Shown here: in pieces, positions 26,433 to 37,893 of the stretch
Position numbering within the stretch: the first letter of the stretch is position 1
Layout: every line of letters starts with the position of its first letter
NCBI GenBank assembly: GCA_964035545.1
Contig: CAXIUT010000032.1
Span: 32,694 to 74,499, forward strand
Source of the DNA: Bugula neritina
Lineage: Eukaryota; Animalia; Bryozoa
Direction of reading: 5' to 3'
Length of the DNA: 41,806 nucleotides
Notes under the pieces: generated by a model
The model's database searches: none
Told to the model about the DNA's origin: nothing
Seen by the model: only the letters and a program-made list of their open reading frames with translations
Translations under genes and position numbers: made by a program

Positions 26433-26503
26433 TATCTATCACAACCTAAAATTAAATAGAAATATCAACCATGATAGATTTAGTTAAATAATTGATAAAA
26501 CCA

Positions 26504-28476
26504 TCAGTTTATTTTCAACTTTTATTATATCTATGCTGCTATATTCGGTCTCAGTCCCTTCAACCCTCTATACCACTCAACTGCTAGTTGGGGACTACTT
26601 TTGTGTATAACTTGTAAAACATCAACAGCTTGAATTCTTACCTAATTACTACTATGATAAAGCGATCCCTCAACAAGCCTTTCCAAAATCTATCTGATAT
26701 CGATCTTTCTTTTCACAAAATCAAACTCATTCATCAACTTCAATACTATCTATAAAATAAGACTAGATATACCTACAGACGAGATAAAATTATCCTTGGA
26801 TTTTGCTTATCAACAGGAGTAAACTTCAAATTAAGCTACTCCTTACAAATCCTCAAACACTCACCGATCACAATATGCAAATCAGCCACTGGATGTCTAA
26901 ATATAGTTATCAATTGCTTCAAAGAGATCTCTTTCGCCCGAGAATTCATCTATGATACTACATTAGTTATATATTTACTTTTCTCAACTAAAATTGATAT
27001 AAACTTTTGAATTGATTTGTTAATTAGTACAGGAGGCACATCCTACCCACAAATAGGAGGCTGTAACGCTGTTAACATGATCTTTAGTGACGTGTAGTAA
27101 ATTTGCAAGACTTTATCTTCAGCATTTATCCTTGCAAACTACATCAAAGCTAAAAACAAATTTTTTGTTTTGCCATCATTGTATCTCTAAGGAAGTTTAT
27201 CCTGGGAAAACTTCAAAACTGCCTCCACAGCAGCAGCCCTCTGTCTCCAGTTTTAAGAATGAGCACTAATCCAAATCCTGGCGCCCAAAACATCCAAATA
27301 CTGCAACTGCTAGTACTTCCTCAACAACTCAGGATCGGCCACATTCTGAATACCAAATTCATTTAGCAAAGGCTTTATATATCTCTACATATCAGCATCT
27401 CCTTGGTTATAGACATATGGGTTTTTAAAACTGTATTCATCTTCAAGCACCTCTGTCTGCTTCTTAGGCTTCTCCACTTTAGGTTTAGGCTATGATTTCT
27501 ACTCATCCAATCTGTCTAATTCATTAGAGTTTTTCCACCATTAATCATCCTCCTAGTTAGCACGATTAAACTCCTAATTAAGCAGTCTTTCCCTTTAGAG
27601 TACTTCCTCTTCTTTCCTTCTTTTTTATCTTTCAAGTGCCTCTTTATCTTATTCTAGCATATTTTTAAGCAACTCATCATGATGGTTATCAAAATCATCC
27701 ATCTAGACCATCTCCCAAAACCTTCTCGTCTCGTACTTCTCATCGTACTTATCTCGTTGCTTTCGAAGACCAGCTATCTCATCATTCACATCTTTAACCT
27801 TCTCAAATTAAGAACGTGCATTTATATACTGTTTATCATTTAGCAACTCCTTTATCTTTTTGCCTAATTTAATGACTTTCTTTAGATCTTTTTATAAAGT
27901 TGATAGTTTTTAGTTTTAGCCTTTACTTGAATACTATGATTGCAATTTACTCATATCATGCAGTGTGATTAAGGTTTCTTAATCTGTCTACCAATTTTGA
28001 TGGTTATTGAATCCATACTGCATGAGTATTTCGTCAACTTTTTATTTTTTTTGAGTATGATAGAGTTGATCTTAATGATACTTGAAGTAAGGATGACCAT
28101 AAATCCTCAAAAGATCCAAAGAAGCCGGCCTTCCTTGTTCCTTATCAAGAACAACCAACTTAAGAAATCGACACTTCCCGGATATTTCTATTCTAACAGC
28201 ATCAGTCAAATCATACACTTTAGCTATCGATGAAAACTACTGATTATCTTCAGAAATAAATACCTCAAGAGCTCTGATATATTTGTTTTTTTTTGGATGC
28301 AGATATAGTTCAGTTACAAAGGTTAGAGATGATAATTGGAAGAGAAGATCGATTGGAGCTACGGCATATTAAGTTGACTACCAACCGATTAAACTACGAG
28401 TATTTTTATGAAATATTTGTACTACTTTTTATGAGAAGTTAGAAGAAGAAACCAATTCGTAGAGAACTTCACTCAT
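26504..28476 (-). CDS. CEP104-like protein (jelly-roll, coiled coil, TOG domain); introns 26958-26978 and 26750-26772
   Basis: N-terminal GWES...RFLKLVV...LRIYGHP resembles the CEP104 jelly-roll. LDVLGARIWISAHSENWRQRAAA resembles the first TOG HEAT repeat. The two introns reconcile the frame. Confidence 0.7.
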
Positions 28477-28687
28477 TCGATTCTAATTATATAATCTTTA
28501 TCAAAAACATCTCATAAATAATCATCAAAATAGCATAAATAATCAAAACATTCTCGATGATGAGAAATAACATAAACTGAGTCACAATCAAAGCTAATAT
28601 AAATAATATATATTATTGAATATTCGATATAAGAATGTGTATTAAATCGTTGAATAATATAAATTACTAATAAACTAGTTACAAAAA

Positions 28688-29423
28688 ATGATAAAAACAA
28701 TACGCATGCGTCCCCGCTAAAAACCTCTCGTCATTCAATAGATAATTTACAACCATTTTGAAGAACCTCTCGACACCAACTCATAAGCATCATTCATAAA
28801 ACTATCAAACAACCCATCCAAATAATACACCAGCATCGACACCGACCCCTTCACCGCACTTGAACAAGACATAAGCAAGATGCAACAAAAATCAGCATTA
28901 AAACTACACAGCATAAAGAACAAATTAAATAGATTATAAGGATAGCGTCGATAGTAAGGAGTAAAGAGATGTAGGGCACTACTGTAAGAAGATAAATAAA
29001 ATATAAGAACAACTTTTCGATAGATAATTAATATAGAAGACAACTAAATAAAAGATGATTGCAAATTTTAGATGGATTAGAATTTAAATTACATCAAAAG
29101 CAAATAACTATCACCGAAAAAACAATCATAAACAAATAGTAAAAGTCAAAAATAGATAATTTTATTCACTAGAAAATTCAAGACAACTATCATAAACCAA
29201 AAGAATGAAGTCTAGCGGATAAGTCAACTCACAAGTATCTCTGACCAAAAGAATCAACAATAGAAACTGTTTGAAATCCAAGTAAAAGTAAAACACAAAA
29301 AAGGAATGTAGAAAAGAAGTTAGAAGTAGAAGCAGTAGTGTGTCTGGCAAGAAAGGTCGAGTCTATTAGGAGATCCTTTCCTTGTACTCTATCCCTAAAC
29401 TACTTGCAATGTAAGTCAAATGA
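28688..29423 (+). CDS. Hypothetical coiled-coil protein; 3' end uncertain (29423 or 29440)
   Basis: Long TGA-free frame from ATG 28688; two alternative open frames after ~29160. Confidence 0.5.
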
Positions 29424-29499
29424 TATCTATCTTATAGTGAAGAGTATCTATCTATCTTATAGTGAAGGGTATCTATCTATCTTATAGTAAACAGTATCT
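29424..29499. repeat. Short tandem repeat, ~3 copies of ~25-nt TATCTATCTATCTTATAGTGAAGRG
   Basis: Directly visible between convergent genes. Confidence 0.8.
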
Positions 29500-29519
29500 T
29501 TAAATAATAACAGTGCCTA

Positions 29520-30279
29520 TCATCGATATATTCTAAATATCTGTACTCTCTGGTCGTTATAATCGGGATGATACCCTTCTATTTTCTGATAGTTGATTTC
29601 TTTTTCAATCAAATACAACTCCAAAGTCCTGCTCTACAGATAATCGTCGGATTGCTATAATTTCTTTCTAAAAAACAAACCATCATTCCATCCTTTCCCA
29701 TCCATCTCAACTGATACTTCAAATCGTTCAATCCTCCTCCCTAGCAAACCACAGTCATGTTTATCTTAGATAGCAAATGAACTAAACACTCCTCTTTCTG
29801 CTCTGATGAAGTGCTCGATTGACATGACATCTCTTCACACTTACCCAAACACTACTCCTTTTTCCTTTGTTATTATATTAAGTACCAATTAGCAACCACA
29901 AATTCTACTTTCCCTTTGATCATCGACTTGTTCAGTGATACGTTTCTCTATGCCAGATCTTTGACAGAAGACACATCTGCCATCACTACGTTGACTCCTA
30001 GACAACCTAGATATATTCCTAACAGGCCAGTTCCACAACCAAGCTCAAGTACTGTTTTACCTGATAGTGAAATAGCTCCTTCTTCTATGAGAAAATGCAA
30101 AGTTTTAGCCAATACTATAGCCTAGATAGATAAGATAGTACTGAAGTGGAGGTCCTGGCTCCTGAACCAACAAGCATATTACTACTCTATAACACCCGAA
30201 TCACATTTCCTTCGATAAAATCTTCATAGTCGTCCAGCTTTATCTGTTTTGGAAATATTGATGACTACTATGCATACAT
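29520..30279 (-). CDS. Class I SAM-dependent protein lysine methyltransferase (METTL21-like); introns 30122-30141 and 29865-29885; 3' structure uncertain
   Basis: AIVLAKTL, motif I GKTVLELGCGTGLLGI, VVMAD; C-terminal HPDYNDQRVQIFRIYR. Confidence 0.8.
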
Positions 30280-30425
30280 AGTTGATAATAATAAACAATA
30301 ATAACTAAGCATTAACTATTCAGTCATATTTTATAAATTAACCCTTCATATTTATAAATTAATATTAATGTACATATAATAAGACTTTAATAAAATAAGA
30401 ATTGACTGGCAATATCACTAAACTA

Positions 30426-30912
30426 TCATTTATGCATTCTCTATTTTATATTCCATTTATTCAATATCAGACACCTAGAATATTCTTCAACAATTTTCTA
30501 AAATAACCACATCCGTACCACTTTATCCTCCTCACTCATATAACTCCAATCTCTCTAGACCAACTTCAACAACTCCATAGGATTCAACTCAGGATACTTC
30601 TATTCCGCCTGCTTAATGATACTTTGCTTCCAAAGATGCTAGGCCAATATCGAAGAATTACTATTAGAAATCCAACTAAAAAAAGAATTACACTTCTTTG
30701 TTATATCCACGATCTTCATATCATCTCATTTACAAACTACTGAGCAGGCAATGAATTCATATTGTCCATATCAGCATCAAGATCTATTACTTCTTGAATA
30801 GCCGGTCGGTTTTTCTGTCTTGTCTTCTTCACCTACCTTCGTCAAATCAATCTTACTTTATATTGCCATTCTCTTTCTACTTTTTCGATAAAATCTTTTG
30901 TGAGTTAGACAT
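30426..30912 (-). CDS. HMG-box protein; introns 30837-30856, 30714-30733, ~30675-30692 (uncertain), 30498-30518
   Basis: IKQAEEKYPELNPMELLKLVERDWSYMSEEDK HMG-box pattern; several 20-21-nt introns. Confidence 0.7.
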
Positions 30913-30989
30913 ATCAAATATTTATCATATTCAATATTATTCAAAATTTATTTATAAACTCTTAAAATATATCAATAATGATTGGATGA

Positions 30990-31736
30990 TCACTCTTCAA
31001 CACTTTTTTACACCTTTTATACCCTCTACTAGATAACTTGCTCCTAAATTTACACCTAAAAGTCTTCAATGTTATCAATGTTGTCAATCAACTCCTGAAA
31101 AGAATATTCTTAACCTTTGAAAAATTGTTAAATCTTCTTCTTATTGTTCTACATCCATTCTATCAACTATCCTTAACGTTTAGCCTCTTCTTACAGCCTT
31201 TACTCCTTCAGTAGCTCTTCATCCAATGCCTCTTGATCACCAAAATATTCCTAGTCGATAGATCTTCTGATCTGAGCTGTTGTTTTAGCAGGGGCAACAG
31301 GTATTTCTCTTTTGTAGACATCTTTAACCCCTGGAAGATCTTTAGCTGCTCCAAAATAACGATATCCTCCAAATCCTGGAATTTCCCTTCCCTGAGCATC
31401 AAACATCTTAGCGCTTTTGATAGCCCGATAGTCACTTCCTCCCAACTATTTAATTCTGATTTCCCAATGATAAAGCTATCTCAGCAGACGATTGATTTAA
31501 TCATTAAGAGCTCTAACTTAGTTTTATGGTCTGGCTCTATTTTGTATTTCTTAAACTTTTTAGATGATATGAGTTGTAACTTGTTTTCTCCATCTTTAAC
31601 ATTCATAAAGATCATTAATTTATCTAATATGACGAAGTCCCTTAGGCCTCTAATCTTCTTACTTATTCACCAAGGACCTCTTCATCGCCCACCAACGGTT
31701 CAACATCCCCTGAGCCTTCTCACAATTTCTTGCCAT
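30990..31736 (-). CDS. ISY1: Pre-mRNA splicing factor ISY1
   Basis: MARNCEKAQGMLNRW, RALNDEINRLLRE, HWEIRIKELGGSDY, GYRYFGAAKDLPGV; single frame, 248 aa. Confidence 0.93.
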
Positions 31737-31817
31737 TTATAAGAGAACTAGTAATATATTATAAATAGTATCAACATAAAGAAGAAATTATATGAAAAAA
31801 GTCATAAATCTATGATA

Positions 31818-33095
31818 TCAATCAGATTTATCGTGCTTTCTTGAATGACCGAGTACATTTCGACCGATTCCTTCTAACACGTCCCATACTGTATATACAA
31901 ACAAAAGAAACATAATAAGACAGTTAATAAGATTACCTTTTATTAGTAATGAATAAAATAACTCAGGTAATTTACTCCTTCTGGGGTTGGGGTTGGGGTT
32001 GGGGTTGGGGTTGGGGTTGGGGTTGGGGTTGGGGTTGGGGTTGGGTTTTCTTTATTATTCAATCAGACCGATAACTTATTGAATTTTACTAAGAAATCCA
32101 TCTTTAGTCAGTTGAGCAATATGCATGTGTTCTGGAGGCAATACCTATCCAACACCTCCAACATTACTAGTAATAACATGTAGTCCAAGACTAGCTGCTT
32201 CTACAATAGCTATCCCAAAAGATTAGGTCAATGCCGTATTCAAAAATATATGACATCTTTTAACGATTTCTAGTGCTTTTTGATTAGGCAACCCGCCATG
32301 AACAACGGTTCTAGATTCTAATGAGTTTATTTTGATCATTTCTTTCATAGGTTTCATTTTAGGACCATCTCCTATCAACTATATAATCACGTTAGAATTC
32401 ACTTTGCATAATTATGGTAACAATTCTATCAATATATCAATTCCTCTCCGAAAAACCATTCTACTACATAAAACCAATCGAATTGGACTATTCTTGTTTT
32501 ACTATTATTGTTTTTATTGATGAATAAAACGTGTTTAAACTGAATTGGGTATAACGATAGATTTACTACAACGTTGTTTATTGCGAATTAGTAAATTATT
32601 ACGAGTAGCCCTTGACACACAAATAAATTTATCAAAAAGTAAATGAATAGGAGTCAAAACCCAAGGAAATATTATCCCATCCAACTTTTTAAATTCAAAA
32701 AGAGAGTGCTAAGTCAACACTACTCTCAAGCCCAAGTGATATCCCTGTGTTCCAAAGGTTATTCCAAGAGGACTAGTCGATTGATGAGTATGTACCACGT
32801 CTATCTACTCATCAACTAATATTCTCTTATGCTGAGGATAATCACTAACAAAATTAGGAAATGATATATTAGTATTTCTGAAAAAAAATGAAGGCAAATA
32901 GTATGTTTTTATTCCCTAAATATACTTAATACCATAGTAGTCAGGAGGATAGCAATGTGTTACCACTATTACCTTGCGTACTCTTTCCTTTAGTATCTTA
33001 CTCATCTCTAATATATGCACCTCAACTCCTCCCAAACTCGGATAGAAGAAGTCACTCACAAGAGCAATAGCCATATCTTTCTTTTTCTTCATCAT
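31818..33095 (-). CDS. PIGA: GPI-GlcNAc transferase catalytic subunit PIG-A/GPI3, interrupted in frame by a telomeric tract at 31983-32045
   Basis: VSDFFYPSLGGVEVHI, KVIVVTH, HIFLNTALTESFGIAIVEAASLGL, VGGVGEVLP. A TM-like C-terminus (LINCLIMFLLFVYTVW) lies in the same frame beyond the tract. Confidence 0.9.
31983..32045 (+). repeat. Internal telomeric tract GGGG(TTGGGG)9TTGGG (63 nt)
   Basis: Perfect telomeric repeat inside the PIG-A coding region. Confidence 0.97.
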
Positions 33096-33149
33096 CTTTT
33101 GTTTATATTTAATTTATATAAATATGAATCAAAGTAAAATATAAAAGAA

Positions 33150-33557
33150 TCATTTAGTCATTTTTTATAGTTTCTTGAATTATTGAAGAATTTTAACCTG
33201 ATGGTAAAACATCTATTATACCTAATATTATGATAAGTCTTCTGTAGTTTTATCCTATTTCTTCTTATAAACCATATGAGATGCTATCTTTGATGATTCT
33301 GATGGTACTATGGGTTGTAAAAGTACTCTCGAATGTCTTTTTTTTTAAAGATTTGTACTTTTATGTCTTTATAAACGAGAAGATAGAATCATACTACTAT
33401 TTCGAGGCGATGGCTTTATTATTTTTTGAGAAGAATCTTCTATTATTTTTGATAAAATTGATTTTTTATGAATAATATCACTACTTCCTGATCTTCTATA
33501 TCTCTAACAAGATTCTTTTTGTTTATTCTGTAAATATTTATACCGATCACTTTGCAT
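33150..33557 (-). CDS. Hypothetical basic protein (135 aa)
   Basis: Single open frame MQSDRYKYLQNKQKESCE...KLEKMTK-TGA(T). Confidence 0.55.
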
Positions 33558-33693
33558 ACTAATATTTATTAATAGAAAAATTCGAATAAATAGTTATCAT
33601 AAAAAAATAAATTCTCTAATTTAGTTGGACTGTTATTAAGCAAGGGCATTATTTGTGATAATAATATTCCTTTTTATTAATTAAAAAACAAAT

Positions 33694-34740
33694 ATGTAAA
33701 ATTACATTATGAATTCTTAAAACTGTCTTAAAACATTCGTTTTCTAGAGGTAGGATACTCATCAGTCAACTATAACTGACTATTAGTTTAACCTTGTGCA
33801 AGACCACATCGATCTATCTAAGTTATTTATGAAGTACTGTCCTATCAAAGAAAATAAAATATCTATTTACGACCCAGCTGTCAGTCATTTCGTTACTCTA
33901 TAGAAACTTGGATGTCAGAATGGTATTATTTCTAAGAATCTTTTGGAACCTTCAGTGATTTTAATCAGATACACTGAACTTAATCAAAATATGAGTGATT
34001 CTGATAGCATGGATAGTAGTATGGATATTGACTACAAAGCTTAAGGAAAGAGTCTAGATACTCGCAAGAAGGAAAGAACTATTGCCGAAGTGATAGAAGT
34101 CGTCAAAAAATGGAGAAACCTTCATTTGAATGGAATAAAAGGTGTAAACAAAAAATTAAATCTCCAAGAAGCAGCTCGTTTGGTTGAAATATCAAAGAAA
34201 AGTTTAGATGATTATTATTGTCAACTAAGACTAGGAGAACTTTATAACTTTGACTTTATTAACAGAATAGATTAGAAGATGGGAGCACTTAGAAGCTATA
34301 TAAAAAATTTCAGACCTTAGAAAAGTCAAAATAAAAGAAGGCAAAATTAAAAACATCCTAAAAATTTAAAAATAATCGACTACTATGATGTGACCACTCA
34401 TACTTTTAAAGTTCCATAAGTAGAACTACAATCCTAAAGAGAAGTTGAAGAAGAATATCAAAAAGAAGAAATACTATAGAATCAATATAATATGTTAAGT
34501 GAGAGTTAAATAAAATCAAGAAATGATAATGATTTTTAAAGGAGTTAAGGATAGCCAGAACTATAGGATTTTTTTTAGTTAGATTCAGGTGAGGTATCAA
34601 AAGAACTATTCAGTTTATAAAATCAATTTTTCAAAGGTTTTTAGATGGGTTTTGGAGATATAGATCCTTACTATAGCAATGATAGAGATTTTCGTAAGAA
34701 AGATTGTTAATTTGATAGCAACAATGCTATCTTTGAATGA
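33694..34740 (+). CDS. Ciliate-type putative HTH DNA-binding protein (SKKSLDDY family)
   Basis: KERTIAEVIEVVKKWR...LQEAARLVEISKKSLDDYYCQLRLGELYNFDF...KMGALRSYIK; single frame, acidic C-terminus. Confidence 0.7.
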
Positions 34741-34759
34741 TTCAAATTAAATATTTTAA

Positions 34760-35456
34760 ATGTTATATCAATAGTATCATGATGTGTACCCAAGTAACCT
34801 TTAAATAAGTTAGTTATTCTTCTAGGAGATGCATCTGTGGGTAAAACTTGTATGATTCAAAACTATGTAAAAGGAAACAATAGTATCAATAATTTCAAAC
34901 CTACTGTTGGAATAGATTATTTCTCCAAAAATATTGAACTATCAAATGATCATACAGTTAAAGCTCAAATTTGGGATACTGCTGGACAATAAAACTATCG
35001 TTCTGTTACTATGGAGTACTAATAAAGCTATTTAGTTTTATGAGAAAAGCCCATGGAGCTTTAATTGTTTTTGATATAACAAGTAGAAAATCTTTTAACT
35101 CCATTAGCTATTGGATCGATCATCTTAAATAAAGAGTCCTTAACTAAAATAATCCAATAATTCTAGTTGGAAATAAAATAGATAAAGCTCAATATAGAGA
35201 TATCTCTATTGGATAGGCTTAATAAATGGCTAAAAACTATGGAATTTCCTATCGATAAGTTTCAGCAGGAGATCTAAGTCTACTTAATGGAGTCTTTAGA
35301 GAGATTGCTTAAAGTAATCTATTCTTAAATATAGAAATATCAAGAGCAAAAAGAGGTGAATAAAGAAGAATGGAAGCAGTTGGAACAAAACTAAGCTCAA
35401 ATCAGCCTATTTAAAGTGGTTCTCAAGGCTAATAAAAGAAAGGTTGTTGTGGATGA
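34760..35456 (+). CDS. Rab-family small GTPase; introns 34794-34813, 35016-35035, probably 35314-35334
   Basis: LLGDASVGKT, FKPTVGIDY, QIWDTAGQENYR, LVGNKID, EVSA, C-terminal GCCG prenylation motif. Confidence 0.93.
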
Positions 35457-35524
35457 TTTAATTATCAAAGATAAGTTGTTAATTATTCCTTTATTTATCA
35501 GAAACTTATTAGTTAGTTAATTAG

Positions 35525-36286
35525 ATGATAGAGAATTAGCAGATTGCACCCCTAGTTATTGGGTATTATCCTTTCAGAGCCAAAGCGCAAGTATTGCGTC
35601 TTATTTGTGAGTATTTACATATCCCTTATCACGACCGTTTCTTCAACCCAGACTAGTGGATGAAGTTCAAAGACGGAGATGCAAAAAAGTGGGTTATCAA
35701 GGACTTTCCCTACCTACAACATGCTGATTTTGTCCTTACAGGCACTCATGCAATGGTTGGTTATGTTGTTGAACTGGCATAAAGACCTGATTTGCTAGGA
35801 AAAACATAAGAAGATAAGATAAGTATCGATAGATTCAGAAGTACTTATGACTTGAAAGATATCATTATTGCCTTTCTTTGCAATAGCAGACCTACCAATA
35901 ATCAAGAAAAACTTGAAAGAAAGCGAAAAATGGATGAGCTTTATGAAAGAAAAATAGACCATTAAATGAAATCACATGAGAAAGCTTGTCAAGCTAATGA
36001 CTTCTACTTTGGATATTTGACTGTGATTGACTTTGCTATTTATGAGATAGTTAATCATTTTCGCCTTCTTTTCCCTCAATAAACAGCTAAATATGTGAAA
36101 TTGAATCAGATCAGAGACAGAGTAGCAGCTTTGAAGGAAATTCAAGAGTACTAAAATTCTTAAAGAGCCGTACGTCAATACTGTCCAATAAAATACTTCA
36201 AAAATTTTAAAGAAGAGAAATTAAGACTAGCAAGGAGAGCAAGTAGCAACGCATCAACAACAAATGAAAAACAATTATAACCATGA
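35525..36286 (+). CDS. Glutathione S-transferase, mu-class-like
   Basis: IGYYPFRAKAQVLRLICEY, DFPYL, RPDLLGKTEEDK, FYFGYLTVIDFAIYE. Confidence 0.85.
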
Positions 36287-36373
36287 TCTAAAATTAAATG
36301 ATAATAATTTATAAAGATAAAATATGATAATATCAATAGAATAATGAAATAATAAAATATTTGACTTAGATAA

Positions 36374-37713
36374 TCAATGCGACAGTTCTGCAAGTATACT
36401 CGACATGATTCCAGCCAACGAATCATCAGAAAATCCAATAATCATCAACTAAGATTCATATTTTTTGAGATATATCTTTGATAATTACGATGAAGACATA
36501 TTGCTCAGAGTCAATGCTGCGAATTGAACCAATTTCTCCTGATTTTTCATATGTTGAAGTATGCCAATTATAATATTAAGGAGACATTCATTTTTGAGCA
36601 ACTCCTCTCTTGATTGAGCACTGATATCAGTAACAAAAGCCAATATCTAAAACACCTGTTCTTTCAATTCAATCGATACCTACATTGACATCAATACTCT
36701 GAGCAAAGGTTTGATATTTTGAGTAACAGCAGGAGCAAGAGTTTAATCTCGTTCATCAACCAACCCTCTCAACAGCTAGATGGACCCTTAGACTTATTCT
36801 ACCTTATCATCGAGTATGGCAGAATCGATTTCTTTGATAATTTGATGACAGTCCCATCCGACTTTAACCAATCCATTCATAATATCAACAATATTTTTCG
36901 AACACTAGCAATCGAAACTAGTATTAAACATATTGACCAATAGTTGAAATACAGGCGTCCCAAGCATAAATTTCAAATTCATGGGATTCATAGTTAAGTT
37001 TCTAAAGATGAGAGTGATTGTTCTTAAGTCTTCAAATTCTTGTTAATTTTTGGGAGGATGAATGTTATGAGTATAGTTAGATAGTGCACTAAATATCTTC
37101 TCATAATTTTAAAACAAAAAAGGATTGTGATTGTTCACACTATAAAGAATCAACATATTCAATGAATAAGTGATATCTTTTCGTGACATAAATGAATCCA
37201 AACCCAATATTATCTTCTTTATCTAGGTTTTTGTTATATTCAACCTGTTCTTATTCAAATAAAACTGCTTCTTGCTCTACTACTACTCCTATAATGTACG
37301 ACTTATGTCACTCAAAACATTCGTATAATCATCCTTCTTTTGACTATTCTGATAATCTGTCTTCACTATTTTCCTTGGCATGCCCAAAACTATCGTTGCC
37401 TCTTCTTCATTACTCTATTCCCCGAAATAGTTTTTCTTCTCAAAAGATAAAATGTATCTTTTGTAGTAATATTTAACTCCTTAAGGCTTCCCTTCAACTT
37501 CCTGACTGATCTATGTCCATTATTTTCGATTTGTCACTGCCTAAATACTAAAAATCTTACATGAAATCCCCCTCTACGACATACAAGTTGGTATAATTTG
37601 AAAGGATTGTACTAAAAATCGAAGTCTGCATTGTCAATGATGCTATTAGACAGTAAGAAGTCAGTCAGAGTTTGTCTAAATTTGTTCTATTACTCTACTT
37701 AGTTTGTTTTCAT
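36374..37713 (-). CDS. ARID/BRIGHT-domain protein with BAF250_C-like region (ARID1/SWI1-like SWI/SNF subunit); intron 37541-37560
   Basis: FKLYQLVCRRGGFHAVTNRKEWTEI...YYYKRYILSFE ARID motif, downstream EIAYSLNML, C-terminal SSILAELSH; 439 aa after removing a 20-nt intron. Confidence 0.8.
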
Positions 37714-37893
37714 CTTATATTATATTAATTTGATTAAATAATTAGGCTCAAATAATATCTATTGATTTTATAAATAATCAATTATGTTAGGATTCACAAC
37801 TTTTATCAAAAGACTATCTCTAGTTATATTTGTTTTATTGATATTTATTTTATTAACAACAATGATAGACTCTGATAATAAATTGATATTTCA

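Noticed and set aside
29803-29850. Hammerhead-like CTGATGA core or C/D snoRNA
   Set aside because: No correctly placed GAAA and stems, and no matching D box.
31233-31742. 169-aa plus-strand ORF in the track
   Set aside because: Antisense shadow of ISY1.
2186-33095. GPI8 and PIG-A as a GPI-pathway cluster
   Set aside because: About 29 kb apart, separated by many unrelated genes and a telomere-addition site; likely coincidence.
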